Shown here piece by piece: positions 28,979 to 41,922 of a stretch of DNA of 64,000 nucleotides. This DNA is from the human T2T-CHM13v2.0 reference genome, Homo sapiens. Position numbers and translations under genes: made by a program. The notes under the pieces were generated by a model. That model was not told where the DNA came from and ran no database searches. It saw only the letters and a list, made by a program, of their open reading frames with translations. The stretch lies in assembly GCF_009914755.1 (NCBI RefSeq), contig NC_060927.1; one strand, given 5' to 3'. Every line of letters begins with the position of its first letter. Position 1 is the first letter of the stretch.

Positions 28979-30403
28979 GTTTCCTTTTTGTTTTCTTTTT
29001 TAATTCTTGATATTTTTATTGCCATGTCCTTGAGCAATATTGCTATATTTTCAAGCAACACTTCTGTTTTCTGTAATATCTAATCTGCCATTAATCCTAT
29101 TCAGTTTTTTAATTTCAAATTTGTCATGTTTCTGTTCATGCTAGTCATATCCTCTACCTTCTTGAAGACATGTCATATATTCACAATAGCCGTTTTCCAG
29201 CCTCTTCCTCTCCACTCTTGGCCCCTCATGTTCTAGCCACTGTCGGCTCCCTGAACTCCACACTCTGTCTTCTCACCCCAGTGGGACTGCTGGGCTCTGT
29301 TTGAGTTCCCCTTTCCTGCACTGCATCTGGAAACTGCAAGCAGTAAGCTGGACACGGTTGTTTGTATTTCTTCTCTCAGGATCACTGTGTTGTACTATCT
29401 GAAAATCATTGTTTTCTGCATTCTGTCTGGTTTTCTAATTGTATGCCAGCCACACTTCCAACTTTTCCTGTGTCATTTCTTTCTTCCCACCCTCTGCCCC
29501 ATCTGCTACTCCATGAAACAGAATGCTCACTCCGTTTGCATCTCTCTGGTTTGGTTGTGTTTGAGATAGAACTTTCAGGACTTTTATGACTTGCCAACAT
29601 GACTTCTGTGAGTTTTAGTTCATAGAATGATTATACCCTTTTTTTAGTTTTGCTGCTGTTTGTGGCTTTTTGCTTGGCTTTGTTTTTGCTCATTTCATCA
29701 GGAATGTAGAATGGAAATTCTGTAATGCATTTTCAATCCACCAGCTTAATCAAGACTTCCTCTACCTTTATTTTCCAGTTACCAAAATATTCACTGTACT
29801 GGTGGTAATTTTCACTGTGTCAATTGATTGCCATTCCTAAAATGGTAGAATCTCATACTAGAAGAGTCCTGTTTTCATTGGTCTGTTTTGGTTACCAAGA
29901 GTAGAAACTCACTCTGGCCAGCTCACAGAGGAGTGGCCACAGATGCTGGCTCACACAAGGGATCATGAGAGGGACAGGGACCTCAGGGAACTTGGAGACC
30001 GGAAACTGCAGTCCAGCCTCATGACAATAGCAAGCTGTTCGGAAACCTGGCAGCCCCCGAGGTAGCTGCTCCTCTCTGTGGAACAGGGGTCTTTCTGCTT
30101 ATCTTTCTGCCTCTTCTCCATTCTGCTTCCTCTGCTGGCTGGCTCGTTCTGTTCACTCAGAGTTTCTACTGCTTTATAACTTGTTCTGGCCTTGGTCTGT
30201 TCTTTACCATATCCTCTAAGCATTTATTTCAAGTACTCAATCTATTTGTATTTCCTGCCTCAGCCTAGCCTTTTAGCTGCAGACCAGTGGTCCCGATAAA
30301 CCTCCTCTTGTATTAAGTGTCCTTGGATCAGGTTCTCCCCCTGCTTTAATCCACTTTGTCCAGGAAGGTATTGTCAGCACAAAATATGGCTCCCTTTAGT
30401 GGC

Positions 30404-30645
30404 TGTTTCGGTTATCTATTGCTGTATAACAAACCACTGCAAAACTAGTGGCTTGAAACAATGACTTCTCATTTCTCGTGATTCTTGGGTTAGCTGGGCT
30501 CAGCCAGATGGTTTTGCTGCTCCATGTGATATTAGCTGGGATCACTTAAGAGATTTGTTCTGCTGGGAACTCAGCTTGGCCTGGAACATCGAAGAAGGTA
30601 CTCACATGGCTGGATCTCATCTGGGGTGGCTGGGATGGCTGGGCT
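30404..30645 (-). mobile_element. MLT1 (ERVL-MaLR) LTR fragment
   Basis: gttatctattgctgtataacaaaccac...gtggcttgaaacaa...gctgggctcagc. Confidence 0.6.
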
Positions 30646-32440
30646 TTTTTTTTTTTATAGCATCTATATCGTATCTTGGACTTGAATTAAGCTTGTTACA
30701 ACCGAAGATGTTTTCCAGATGAATGGCTGCCAGGCTAGCTCTCCTGACCTGTGCCCCTCTACCATCAGAAACAAGGCTATCAATAAACCCTAAAAGTAAT
30801 TAGAGATTCATTCTCTTTAGGAACCTAAAACTTCTGCCAAAACATAAATCAATAAACCAGATGGTTTTTGCACCTGGTAGACATTTGTCTTGATTTTCTT
30901 CATTTTTACCTGAGGTACAGTGCTTATCTTGAAGACTTAAAGACTGGCATTTGTTTCCTTTTTGAAATTACCATGATGGTTGATGTATGACTCCTTTTAT
31001 TGAGGCTCATATCTTTTAGTTATTTTTATTTATTATAGGTAGTATAGTATGTTGTCTCTTTTCCTGAAAAGCTATAATTGGCTGAAAGCCATTTCTCTAT
31101 TTAGTGTGTGAAAATTTCTCAGAATGGCTCAGAAAATCAAACTATAGTAGCGTTTGTCATTAGGCAGGCTGTTCTTTCTGGTCCATTTGAAATACAGTAA
31201 AACCTCAAACATTGGGACCCCACTCATGTGGAGTTTGTGATTACTCAGCTAATATTTGACTGTGTAAATGGTGTGCTTGAAAGATTAATAGCGCGAAGGA
31301 GGTGCTTACGTGCATGCTATTTTCCCTGGTGTTTCCAAGGGCTCTCACGCCCATGGCCCAGCCCCACTTGCCTCTCAGTGTCCCCTCGCTCTCTGCATCC
31401 TCTCTCTACACAGCTGGGCCACCCTCCCCTCCCCTCTGGCCCTGGTCCCTGCCTGGAACCCTCTCCTGACACCCCACCTTCTGTGCTTAGGTCATGGCTC
31501 ACCTCCACTGTCTGGAGACTCCAAAGGCTGCTCCTGAATGCTAACCCTACCTCTGCCACCAGAGTGGCCAGCTCTGTGCCAGACGAGGCCACTGTCCTAC
31601 TGCATGGTGGAATTTAGCCCTTCCCATGGCCAGGTCTGTAGCAGAGGGAGATGTAGTCAGTCAGAACCTAGAAAGCTTTGTAGCATAGAAATCATGCTGC
31701 TAAATGGTTGGGCTCCAGAGGTGCCATATGTTGGAGTCACGGTCACTCCTCTGTGGCAGGCAGCATCAGCCCCTGGGCCTGCCGCCGTCCTTTCCTGCCC
31801 TGAGTTTCCCCAATTCAGACACCGCCTCCTCCGTGGTGCTGCCGAGGAGCCCCCAACCCTCCGTCTTTGGTGAAGGAAAAGTAAAATTGTTTCTAAGGAT
31901 GAAGGCATTCATTCTGAATTTAAAAAATTGAATCATATTTAAAATTATTAACTTTTGTACAAACCTCTGAGCACAACCATGGGAAAATTGGAGACTAACT
32001 GTGAATGTGATGACAGCCCAAATATAGGCAAAAAGTGTGGCAGGCAAAGGGAGCCACATGGAAAGTCAGATCCATGCAGCCCACTATCCCTTCATCATCA
32101 AGACACTGCCTCGAACCACAGAAACATCTCTTTGGATCCAGCAAAAACCAAGGGCAGGAGCTGTGCTTAGAGGGCTCTCCTTTCCGCTCCTGCACAGAAC
32201 CCTTCATCCCCCTCTGGCAGCTTCTTTGCACCCTTTGGGGTGGAGGTCAGGGTGGAGGGAAGGCGGTCTTCCTGCTGTGGGGAGACAAGCTGATTTGCAG
32301 CTCATGTTCCATGCCCATCAAACGTGTGAGTGCACATACAGGAAGCCAAAAGGACAGAAAACATCACGCACTCTTAAAATGAGCCTAACGTCCTGTACAA
32401 AAGCCTGTGTCCTGTTGCTGTAGGTTTAGGTGACTGATGA

Positions 32441-33133
<693 letters not shown>

Positions 33134-33377
33134 TAGTTGTGGCCTCACAGTTTAGTTTATCCAACAGGAAAATAAAACAAACATACCAGAGAGAAAGGTG
33201 TGTGTGTTTCAGTGTGATTTGCTGTTCAGACTCTACCCGTAATCTCTCTAAACTCAGTGTCCTTTTTATGAAACGAGAATGGTAATAGCACTTCCCTTGC
33301 ATCCCCTCTTTGTGGAGCAGGTGGTATCAGTGAAGGTATCTAAATTCTGCTGTGTTCCTCTCTGCATTCCCAAATAG

Positions 33378-33428
33378 ATAAGAAAGACAGGAAGGAGGAG
33401 TATTTTTGTGCCTCAGACTCCCATAATG
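33378..33428 (+). CDS. PLCL2: Candidate in-frame alternative cassette exon of PLCL2 (51 nt, IRKTGRRSIFVPQTPIM)
   Basis: Acceptor gtgttcctctctgcattcccaaatag|ATA and donor ATG|gtatga; 17 codons with no stop; phase 0/0 matches the host intron. No transcript evidence available here. Confidence 0.5.
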
Positions 33429-34249
33429 GTATGAGTACCCTCCTCCTTCTCCTCCCTCACACTGCATGTGATTTGGAAGAAAAGTGTCTGCTGGCCCCCA
33501 GGGAATGGAAGGTGCTAATCTTTGCTGTCTTCAACATCCAAGCATGTGGCCATTACACAGGTGGCAGAGGGCAGGGGAAGTCTTAGCTGCCGCACTGGAT
33601 CCCTCACCTCAGAAGTAAGACAACTGTTTTTCTCTAATAGATAGTTGGACAAAAGGACTTTGAAAAAATTAGCCAGATGTAGAATCCCTGTTGTTTTGCC
33701 CCTACGTCTGAATAAAAGCAATGACTTGTGATTGTTAAATGGCTCCTAAAATGTAGCACTAACAGATGTGTCTTGAAATATTTTTAATATATTAAAAACT
33801 AGAACATCTTTTGTGGTCATACAGAAAGTATGGTGATTAGCCGAGGGTTGAGCACAGCTGGGGTGCGGTTCTGGCATTTGGAGCTGCCATCATTCTTTTC
33901 CTGGCTGCTCTGGCCTCTGATCCAATCCCAGGTAAGCCACAGGCTCAGCCAGAAAAAGCACAGTCACGCCAGACTCGCAGCAAGAGCTGCTGGGATCCAG
34001 CCACTGCCCTTAGTTACATCTTTTAAAGATTACTTTCTGGGCCTAAGTAAGAACCTTAAATATTTTGACCTAAGGTTGTTATAACTCTTTCAAGATGAAA
34101 ACAAAATAGAATAAGTTAAAAAAATTCAAACCAGAATGTGCGAAATCAAATGACATTTGAGTTGTTCAACTGAAAACATTGCAAAGCCAGCTTTGTGGAA
34201 GGAGTCTTCAAAACCAGACACCCTGTGTCAGTGGGTGGCAGTGTTTTAA

Positions 34250-34793
<544 letters not shown>

Positions 34794-35171
34794 CTATTCT
34801 GTTTAAGATACCATGATTACTTCTCTGAAGTTGAGAAACATAAGATTCAACCAGATGAAGAATTCTGTTATTACCACATTAATTATCATATGCCATCTGG
34901 GGATTTTTGTTTTTAAATACCCTGTCATCATGTGGTAGATCTATATATGCTGACACGGAAAGATCACTAAGACATAACTTTTCGTGAAGAAAAAAGGAAA
35001 CCAAAGAACAATATAGATTGCTTGATTGTATTTACATTAAAAGTAAAATAAAATACCTATTTGTAATATATATATAATGCCAAGAAAAAGACAAAACTCA
35101 TTGTTTAGGGGGCAGCTGTGAGATTAAAGGGGAGACTTTCACATTTTACTTTAATTACAATACTTTAATTG

Positions 35172-36075
35172 CATTCAACAGATGGTTATGGAGCCCTTAC
35201 TCTGTACCTGGCACTGTTCTAGGCTCTGAGGATACAGCAGTGATCAGAAGACAAAAATTCCTGCCCTCGTGAAGTTTACATTTAGTGGAAGAGACAGACA
35301 ATAAACCAAGCAGTAGAGTATGGCAATAGGTGTTATGGAAAAAGCAAGGCAGGGAAGCAGTAAGGAGAATTATGGACAGGAAGTGGGAGTTCTAATTAGA
35401 CAAGATGGGGCTGTCAGGGAAGGCGCTGCTGTGAAGAGGGCATCAGAGTCAAGATGGCATCAAGGGGAGGGGAAGGAGCTAGCTACATGCATTTCTGGGG
35501 CAAGGGCATTCCCTGCAGAGGGAACAATGAGTGCATAGACATTGAGGTTGGACTAGAGAGGACCTGATGGGTTTGAGGAACATTTAGGAGCGTAGCATAT
35601 CAGAGGCTGAGTGAACAATACAGGGTGGGTAGGTGAGTGAAGGAAGTCAGATGAGGCTGTGGGCAAGGACTTTGACTCTCACTCTAAGTTATTTGGGGAG
35701 CTGCTGAAGGGTTTTGAACAGAGGGAAAGGGATGTCCTGTGTTTTAATTTGAGCTCTCTGGCTGTCACGTTGAACATGGAGAAAGAAGACCAGTCAGAAT
35801 AAACTCCAAGAAAGATTATGGTGGCTTAAACCACAATGTTGGCAGTGAAGATGGTAAAAAGTGGTGAGAAACTTTATATATATGTTTTGAAGATTGTGAC
35901 ACTAGGACCTACTGACAGATGGGATGATAGATGGAAGAAAAAGGGAAGAATGAATAATGACACCAGGGTCCTTGGTCCAGGTCACTGCAAGAATGGAGTT
36001 GCTTTGACTGAAGAGTAGCTGGTAGTAGGAGTAGTAGCAGGATATCAGAAACTCAACTGGACATGTGATGTCCAA
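35172..36075 (-). mobile_element. L2 LINE (antisense)
   Basis: cattcaacagatggttatggagcccttactctgtacctggcactgttctaggctctgaggatacagcagtga...ccctgccctc, then L2 body motifs. Confidence 0.75.
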
Positions 36076-37320
36076 AAGAATGATGCCTAGATAGGCATTT
36101 TGGTAGGTACTAATTTTTATTAATAAAAATAAGAGCATACATCAATGACATTAAAAACAGAAAATACATAGAGAAAAATCAGTAAAACCAAAAGCTAGTC
36201 CTTTGAAAACCTTATTAAAATCAGTAAGTCTTTAGTCAAGCTAACTAAGAAAGAGATGATACAAATTACTAATGTCAGAAATGAAATAAAGGATATCACC
36301 ACAGATTTTATGGACACTAAAAGGATAATGAAGGAATATTATGAACAATTCTATGCCCACAAACTTGAAAACCTAGATGAAATAGGCCAATTCCTTGAAA
36401 GGTACCATCTGCCAAAACTCATATGAGAAGAAATATACAATCTGAATAATTCTATATCTATTAAGGAAATCAAATCAATAATTAATAAGCCTCCAAAACA
36501 AAAAGCACCAGCACAGATAGGTTCACTGGTTTCTGCTAAACATTTAAGAAAGAAATGATACCAATTCTCTACAATATCTTCCAGAAAATAGAAGCAGAGT
36601 GAATACTTCCTAACTCATTCTACCAACCCAGTTTTACCTTAATACCAAACCAAAGACATTACAAGAAAAGAAAACAATAGACCAGTATCTCTCATCAACA
36701 CAGATGCAAAAATCCTTAACAAAATATTAACAATTAAAATCCAAAAATGAATAAAAAGAATTATTCACCATGATCAAATGGGATTTATACTGGGTATACA
36801 AGGTTGATTTAACTTTTGAAAATCAACTAATGTCATTCATCATATCAACAGGCTAAAGAAGACAAAGCTCGTGGTTGTATCAGTAGATGCAAAAAAAGTT
36901 TGACAAAATTCAACTCCCATTCATGACAAAAATTCTCAGTGAACTAGGAATAGAGAGGACCTTACTCAACTTGATAAGGAACATCTACAAAAATCATACT
37001 GCTTACATCATATTTAAAGGTGAGAAACTGAAAGCATTCCCGATAAGATTAGGGACAAAGCAAAGATGTTCTCTGACACCACTGCTTTCAACATTGACCT
37101 GGAAGTCCAGTCCTAGCTAATGAAGAAAGACAAGAAAATAAAATAAAAGGTATATATCTTGAGAAGGAAGAAATAAAACTGTCTCTGTTCACAGATGATA
37201 TAATCATCTATGTAGAAAATCCAAAAGAATTGACAAAAAAATCTCCTCGAACAATATAATGAGCAATTATGGCAGGGTTGCAGGAAACAAGGTTAGTATA
37301 CAAAAATCAATTGATTTCTT

Positions 37321-37615
37321 TTTTTAAGAAAAAAAAAATTTTGAGACAGGGTCTCACTCTGTCACCCAGGCTGGAGTGTACTGGCATGATCATGGCTCAC
37401 TGCAGCCTTGACTTCCCTGGGCTCAGGTGATCCTCCCACCTCAGCCTCACAAGTAGCTGGTACTTCAGGTGCACACCAACATACCCAGCTAATTTTTGTA
37501 TTTTTATATAGAGATGGGGTTTCGCCAGGTTGCCCAGGCCAGTATTGAACTCCTGAGGCTCAAGCCTTAGCCTCCCAAAGTGCTGGGATTACAGGCATGA
37601 GCCACCACACCCAGC
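37321..37615 (-). mobile_element. AluJ
   Basis: gagacagggtctcactctg...gcagccttgacttccctgggctcaggtgatcctccc; TSD caatt(g/t)atttctt. Confidence 0.9.
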
Positions 37616-37628
37616 CAATTTATTTCTT

Positions 37629-37938
37629 TTTTTTTTTAAGGCGGAGTCTCACTTTGTGAGACAGAGTGTCGCTCTTGTTGCCCAGGCTGGAGTGCAGTGG
37701 TGTGATCTCGGCTCACTGCAAGCTCCACCTCCTGGGTTCACGCCATTCTCTGCCTCAGCCTCCCAAGTAGCTGGGACTACAGGCGCCCGCCACCACGCCC
37801 GGCTAATTTTTTGTATTTTTAGTAGAGACGGGGTTTCACCATGTTAGCCAGGATGGTCTCGATCTCCTGACCTCATGATCCGCCCGCCTCGGCCTCCCAA
37901 AGTGCTGGGATTACAGGCGTGAGCCACCATGCCCGGCC
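37629..37938 (-). mobile_element. AluY-like element with a duplicated 3' terminus
   Basis: gcaagctccacctcctgggttcacgccattct and tagccaggatggtctcgatctcc (AluY diagnostics); TSD caatttatttctt (37616-37628 / 37939-37951). Confidence 0.9.
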
Positions 37939-38897
37939 CAATTTATTTCTTATATACCAGCAAAGAACAAGTGGAATTCGAAATTAAAAACACATGACCA
38001 TTTACATTAGAACCCCCAGAAATAAAATATTCAGGTATAAATCTAACAACATATATATGACTTATATGAGGAAAACTATAAAACTCTGGTGAAAGGTATC
38101 AAAGAATTAAGTAAATGGAGAGATATTCCATATTCATGGATGGGAAGACTTAATATTGTCAAGATATCAGTTCTTCCCAACTTGATATATAGATTCAACA
38201 TAATCTCAAACTTCCAGCAAGCATAAAAATAGATAAATAAATAAATCCACCAAGTTATTTTGTGGAAATTGACAAACCGATTCCAAAGTTTAAAGAGAGA
38301 AACAAAAGACCCAGAATAGCCAACACAATATTAAAGGAGAAGAATAAAATCAGAGGACAGACTTTATCTGACTTTAAAACTTACTGCAAAGCTACAGGAA
38401 ATAAAACAGTGTGAAAAGAATAGACAAATAGATCAGCAGAACAGGATAGAAGAGCCCAGAAATAGACCCACACAAAGCAGTTACTCAATCTTTGGCAAAG
38501 AGGCAAAGGCAATACAGTGGAATAGAGACTTCATCTTTTCAACAATTCATGCTGGAAAAACTGGACATCCACATGAAAAATTCAGTCTAGGCACAAATCT
38601 TACACCCTTCACAAGAATTAACTCAAAATAGATCATAGACCTAAAGATAAAACACAAAGCTATAGAATTCCTAGAAGATAACACAGGATAAAATCTAGGC
38701 GACCTTGGATATGGCAGTGCTTTTTCAGATACACCACCATAGACAATCCATTAAAGGAAGAATGGGTAAGTTGGACTTCCTTAAAATTTAAAACTTCTGC
38801 TCTATAAAGACAATGTCAAGAGAATGAGAAGAGAAGCCACAGTCTGGGAGAAAATACTTGCAAAGGACACACCTGATAAAGTACTGTTTTCCAAAAT

Positions 38898-39058
38898 ATG
38901 CAAAGAACTCTTAAAACTCAACAGTAAGGAAACAACCTGATTAAAAACTGGGCAAAAGTCTGAGCAGTCAAAGAGCTCTTAAAAAATGCAAAGAACCCTT
39001 AAAACTCAACAGTAAGGAAACAACCTGATTAAAAACTGGGCAAAAGTCTGAACAGTCA
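38898..39058. repeat. 73-bp tandem duplication with a 15-bp filler, inside the L1MB
   Basis: 38898-38970 vs 38986-39058, 2 mismatches. Confidence 0.95.
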
Positions 39059-40023
39059 CCTCGCCAAAGAAGATATACAAATGGAAAGTATATTAGCATC
39101 ACATGTCACTAGGAAATTATATATTAAAACAACAATGAGATACCAATACACATCTATTACAGTAGCCAAAATACAAAACTAACATCACCAAATGCTGGCG
39201 AGGATGTGAAACAACAGGAACTTTCATTTATGCTGGTGGAAATGCAAAATGGTGCAGACAATTTGGAAGAAACTGTCAAACTATCTGTAGTTCTTACAGA
39301 ACTAAACATACTCTTACCATATGATCCAGCGATCATACCCCTTGGAATGTACCTAAATGAATTGGAAACTTATGTCAACACAAAAATCTGCATACAGATG
39401 CTTATAGCAGAGTTATTTTTAATTGCCAAAATTTGGAAGCAACATAGATGTCCTGAAGTAAATGAATGGATAAATAAACTGCAGTGCATCCAGACAATGG
39501 AATATTATTCAGCACTAAAAAGATATGAGCTATCAAGCCATGAGACGACATGGAGGAAATTTAAATGCATATTACTAAGCGAAAGAAGCCAATCCAAAAA
39601 GGCTACACACTGTGTTTCCAACTAGACGACATTGTTGAAAAGGCAGAACTGTGGAGACAATAAAAAGATCAATGGTTGCCAGGGGTTGGGAGTGGGGAAG
39701 GATGACTAGCAAAGCACAGAGGAATTTTAGGGTGGTGGAACTATTCTGCATGATCGTGTAAGGGTAGATAGATGTTGTTATACATTTTTCAAAACCCATG
39801 GAATACACAAAACCAAGGGTGAGCCCTAATTTAGGCAATAGACTTGAGGGGATGTGGCAACATAGGTTCATTGATTGTAACAAGTATACCACTGTGGTGC
39901 GGGATGTGGCTACTAGAGAAGGTTTGCGTAGGGAGGGAGCGTAAGGGAACTCTCTGTGGTTTCTGCTCTGTTTTGCTGTGAACCTAAAACTGTCCTAAAA
40001 ATTAAAGTTTATTAATTTTAAAA

Positions 40024-40176
40024 AATAATATTTGGAGTTTTAAAACACAAAGACTAGTTAGTCTATTAAAACTGTGAATGTGTGTAGCAATTCTGCTTGT
40101 GAAGGGAAATACACTATTTAACATGAAATTATACTCCTGACACAATATGCTATATATACAAAGACCTCATAACTAG
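40024..40176 (+). repeat. Diverged intronic duplicate of the PLCL2 3'UTR segment 42190-42356
   Basis: Ungapped 70/80 identity (40060-40139 vs 42234-42313) including a 22-nt exact match; similarity extends on both sides. Confidence 0.92.
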
Positions 40177-40823
40177 TAAATTTTCAACATGTGAGTTCAG
40201 TGACTAGTAAGAATGAATAAAAATGAAGCTCCTTTAGTTAATCTACGCAAGGGAACATCTATTTATAGTTACTAATTAAAGGACTCTGTAAAGCAGGAAA
40301 ACCATGCATGGTAAGTGGTAGGCAGCAAACTGTTCTGTGGATTTGGGCCTCATGACGGTTTAAAATTGCCTTGCAATTTGATCTCACCAGTGGCTGACAT
40401 TTGACTATAGTCCATTTGCCAGCCAAGGTAAGTCCCTACCCATTGCTCTCTGCAGCTGGCCCCAAGCTCCTGCTGGACAGGAATGCCTTAAAGGGGACCC
40501 ACACTGGGAGGCAGTTCAGAAAGAGGGAAAGGCGGAGGAGGTGTAAGTAGGACAAAGAAAAGTCAAACTACAGAGGAATCATAAAGAAAATAATAGAATA
40601 AATTGAGAACCCAAGGGGATGGGAAAAAATAGCAAGCAAGGAGAGTGAGAAAGAAGAAAAGGTAATAGTGTAAGTAGAAAAAACTGTTAGTGGAAGGCAG
40701 GTTAAATTTGGAAGGAAAAATAGAACAAAAAAGCAAAGTAGGAGTGTTGGAATTTACAGCAATAGAGCACCACATCATCTCTTCTGCTCGATAATTTTGG
40801 AATTGTTGGCTGATGCATTAGCC

Positions 40824-41000
40824 CAGTGGTTTTCAACTGGGGGTAGCTCACCCTCCCACTCAAGAGACAGTTAGCAATGTCTGCAAACATTAGGGTATGC
40901 TAGGGGTGCTGCTAAATATCTGAAAATACACAAGACAGCTCCCCACCTCCAAAGAATTCTCTGGTCCAAAATGTCAAGAGCAAAGAGGGTGACAAACTTC
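40824..41000. mobile_element. MER20 hAT-Charlie element
   Basis: cagtggttttcaactgggg...gcaatgtctgcaaacatt...tgctgctaaatatc...aagaattctctggtccaaaatgtcaa. Confidence 0.75.
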
Positions 41001-41259
41001 ATTGGCCCATTGTCAGCACCGATTCCAGACTCCCAGTGACTGTGCTTCAATTCGCCCACTGTTTTCTGACCTATATCATGTTATACTGCATATAGATCAA
41101 GTTGATGGTCAGACCTCAGAAAAGAAATTAAAATTTGGCTGAGAAAGTATATCCAAAGTAGAAAATCCTTTGCTTCACTCTTTCTTTCAGCAAATGCTCA
41201 GTGAGGACCTGCTGCGTGCCCACGGCTGCCAGCACTTACCAAAGGCTGTGTGGGCTTCA

Positions 41260-41570
41260 GAGATGGAGAACAGATTAGTGGTTGCCAGGGTTTAGGGATG
41301 GTGGAGAGGAGGGGTGGGTGTGACTTCCTGGTGGTGCTGGTGCAGTGCTGTGCCTTGGTTGCCACGGTGGTTACGTGAACCCACACATGTGATGAAGTCA
41401 CACAGAAGCATAGGCACACTTTGTACCCCCATCAGTGTCTTGGTTTTGATATTGTGCTATAGTTATGTGAGACATAACCATTGGGGGAAATTTGGGAAAG
41501 GGTATACAAGACCTCTCTGTACTATATTTGTATCCTTCTGTGAGTTTATACTTATTTCAAAATAAAAAGT
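41260..41570 (+). mobile_element. L1M 3' terminal fragment
   Basis: gatggagaacagattagtggttgccaggg...ctctctgtactatatttg...ttctgtgag...tttcaaaataaaaagt. Confidence 0.7.
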
Positions 41571-41922
41571 TTTTTTTTTAATCAAACCTTAAAAGGGAAA
41601 AAACAAGATTGGCCAAACAACTAATGAAAGATGTAATTTTAACCAGGATAGACAGGAATAGTTCATGCACACAGAACCCCATGCAGATCTATAAATAGAA
41701 AGGGCCAGAAAGGCAGCATACTCTTGGAGTGTGGTGTTGAAACTGGGAAAACAAACTCACTTTTTATTAAAATTGACCTATTCAGATGCAGTGCCAATAA
41801 GAAATAATTATGCCTTCTTGTGGAATCAGAATACTTCTATTTCAGTGAAAGATAGATATTGTTGAAGTATAACACTAAGTTATGTCATATCTAATACTGT
41901 TTAATTGCATGTTTTGTTATAG

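Larger units (their letters stand above)
36133..40022 (+). mobile_element. 5'-truncated L1MB-type LINE-1 (ORF2 remnants and 3'UTR), interrupted by two Alus
   Basis: ORF2 remnants (FDKIQLPFMTKILSELGIE; LPYDPAIIPLG); L1MB-like end ttttgctgtgaacctaaaactgtcctaaaaattaaagtttatt. Confidence 0.88.

Noticed and set aside
31228-32423. GC-richer block with overlapping 70-130-aa ORFs (possible gene or CpG island)
   Set aside because: ORFs in many frames reflect GC content; no convincing splice structure or homology; CpG density too low for an island. It could still be regulatory, but that is unsupported here.
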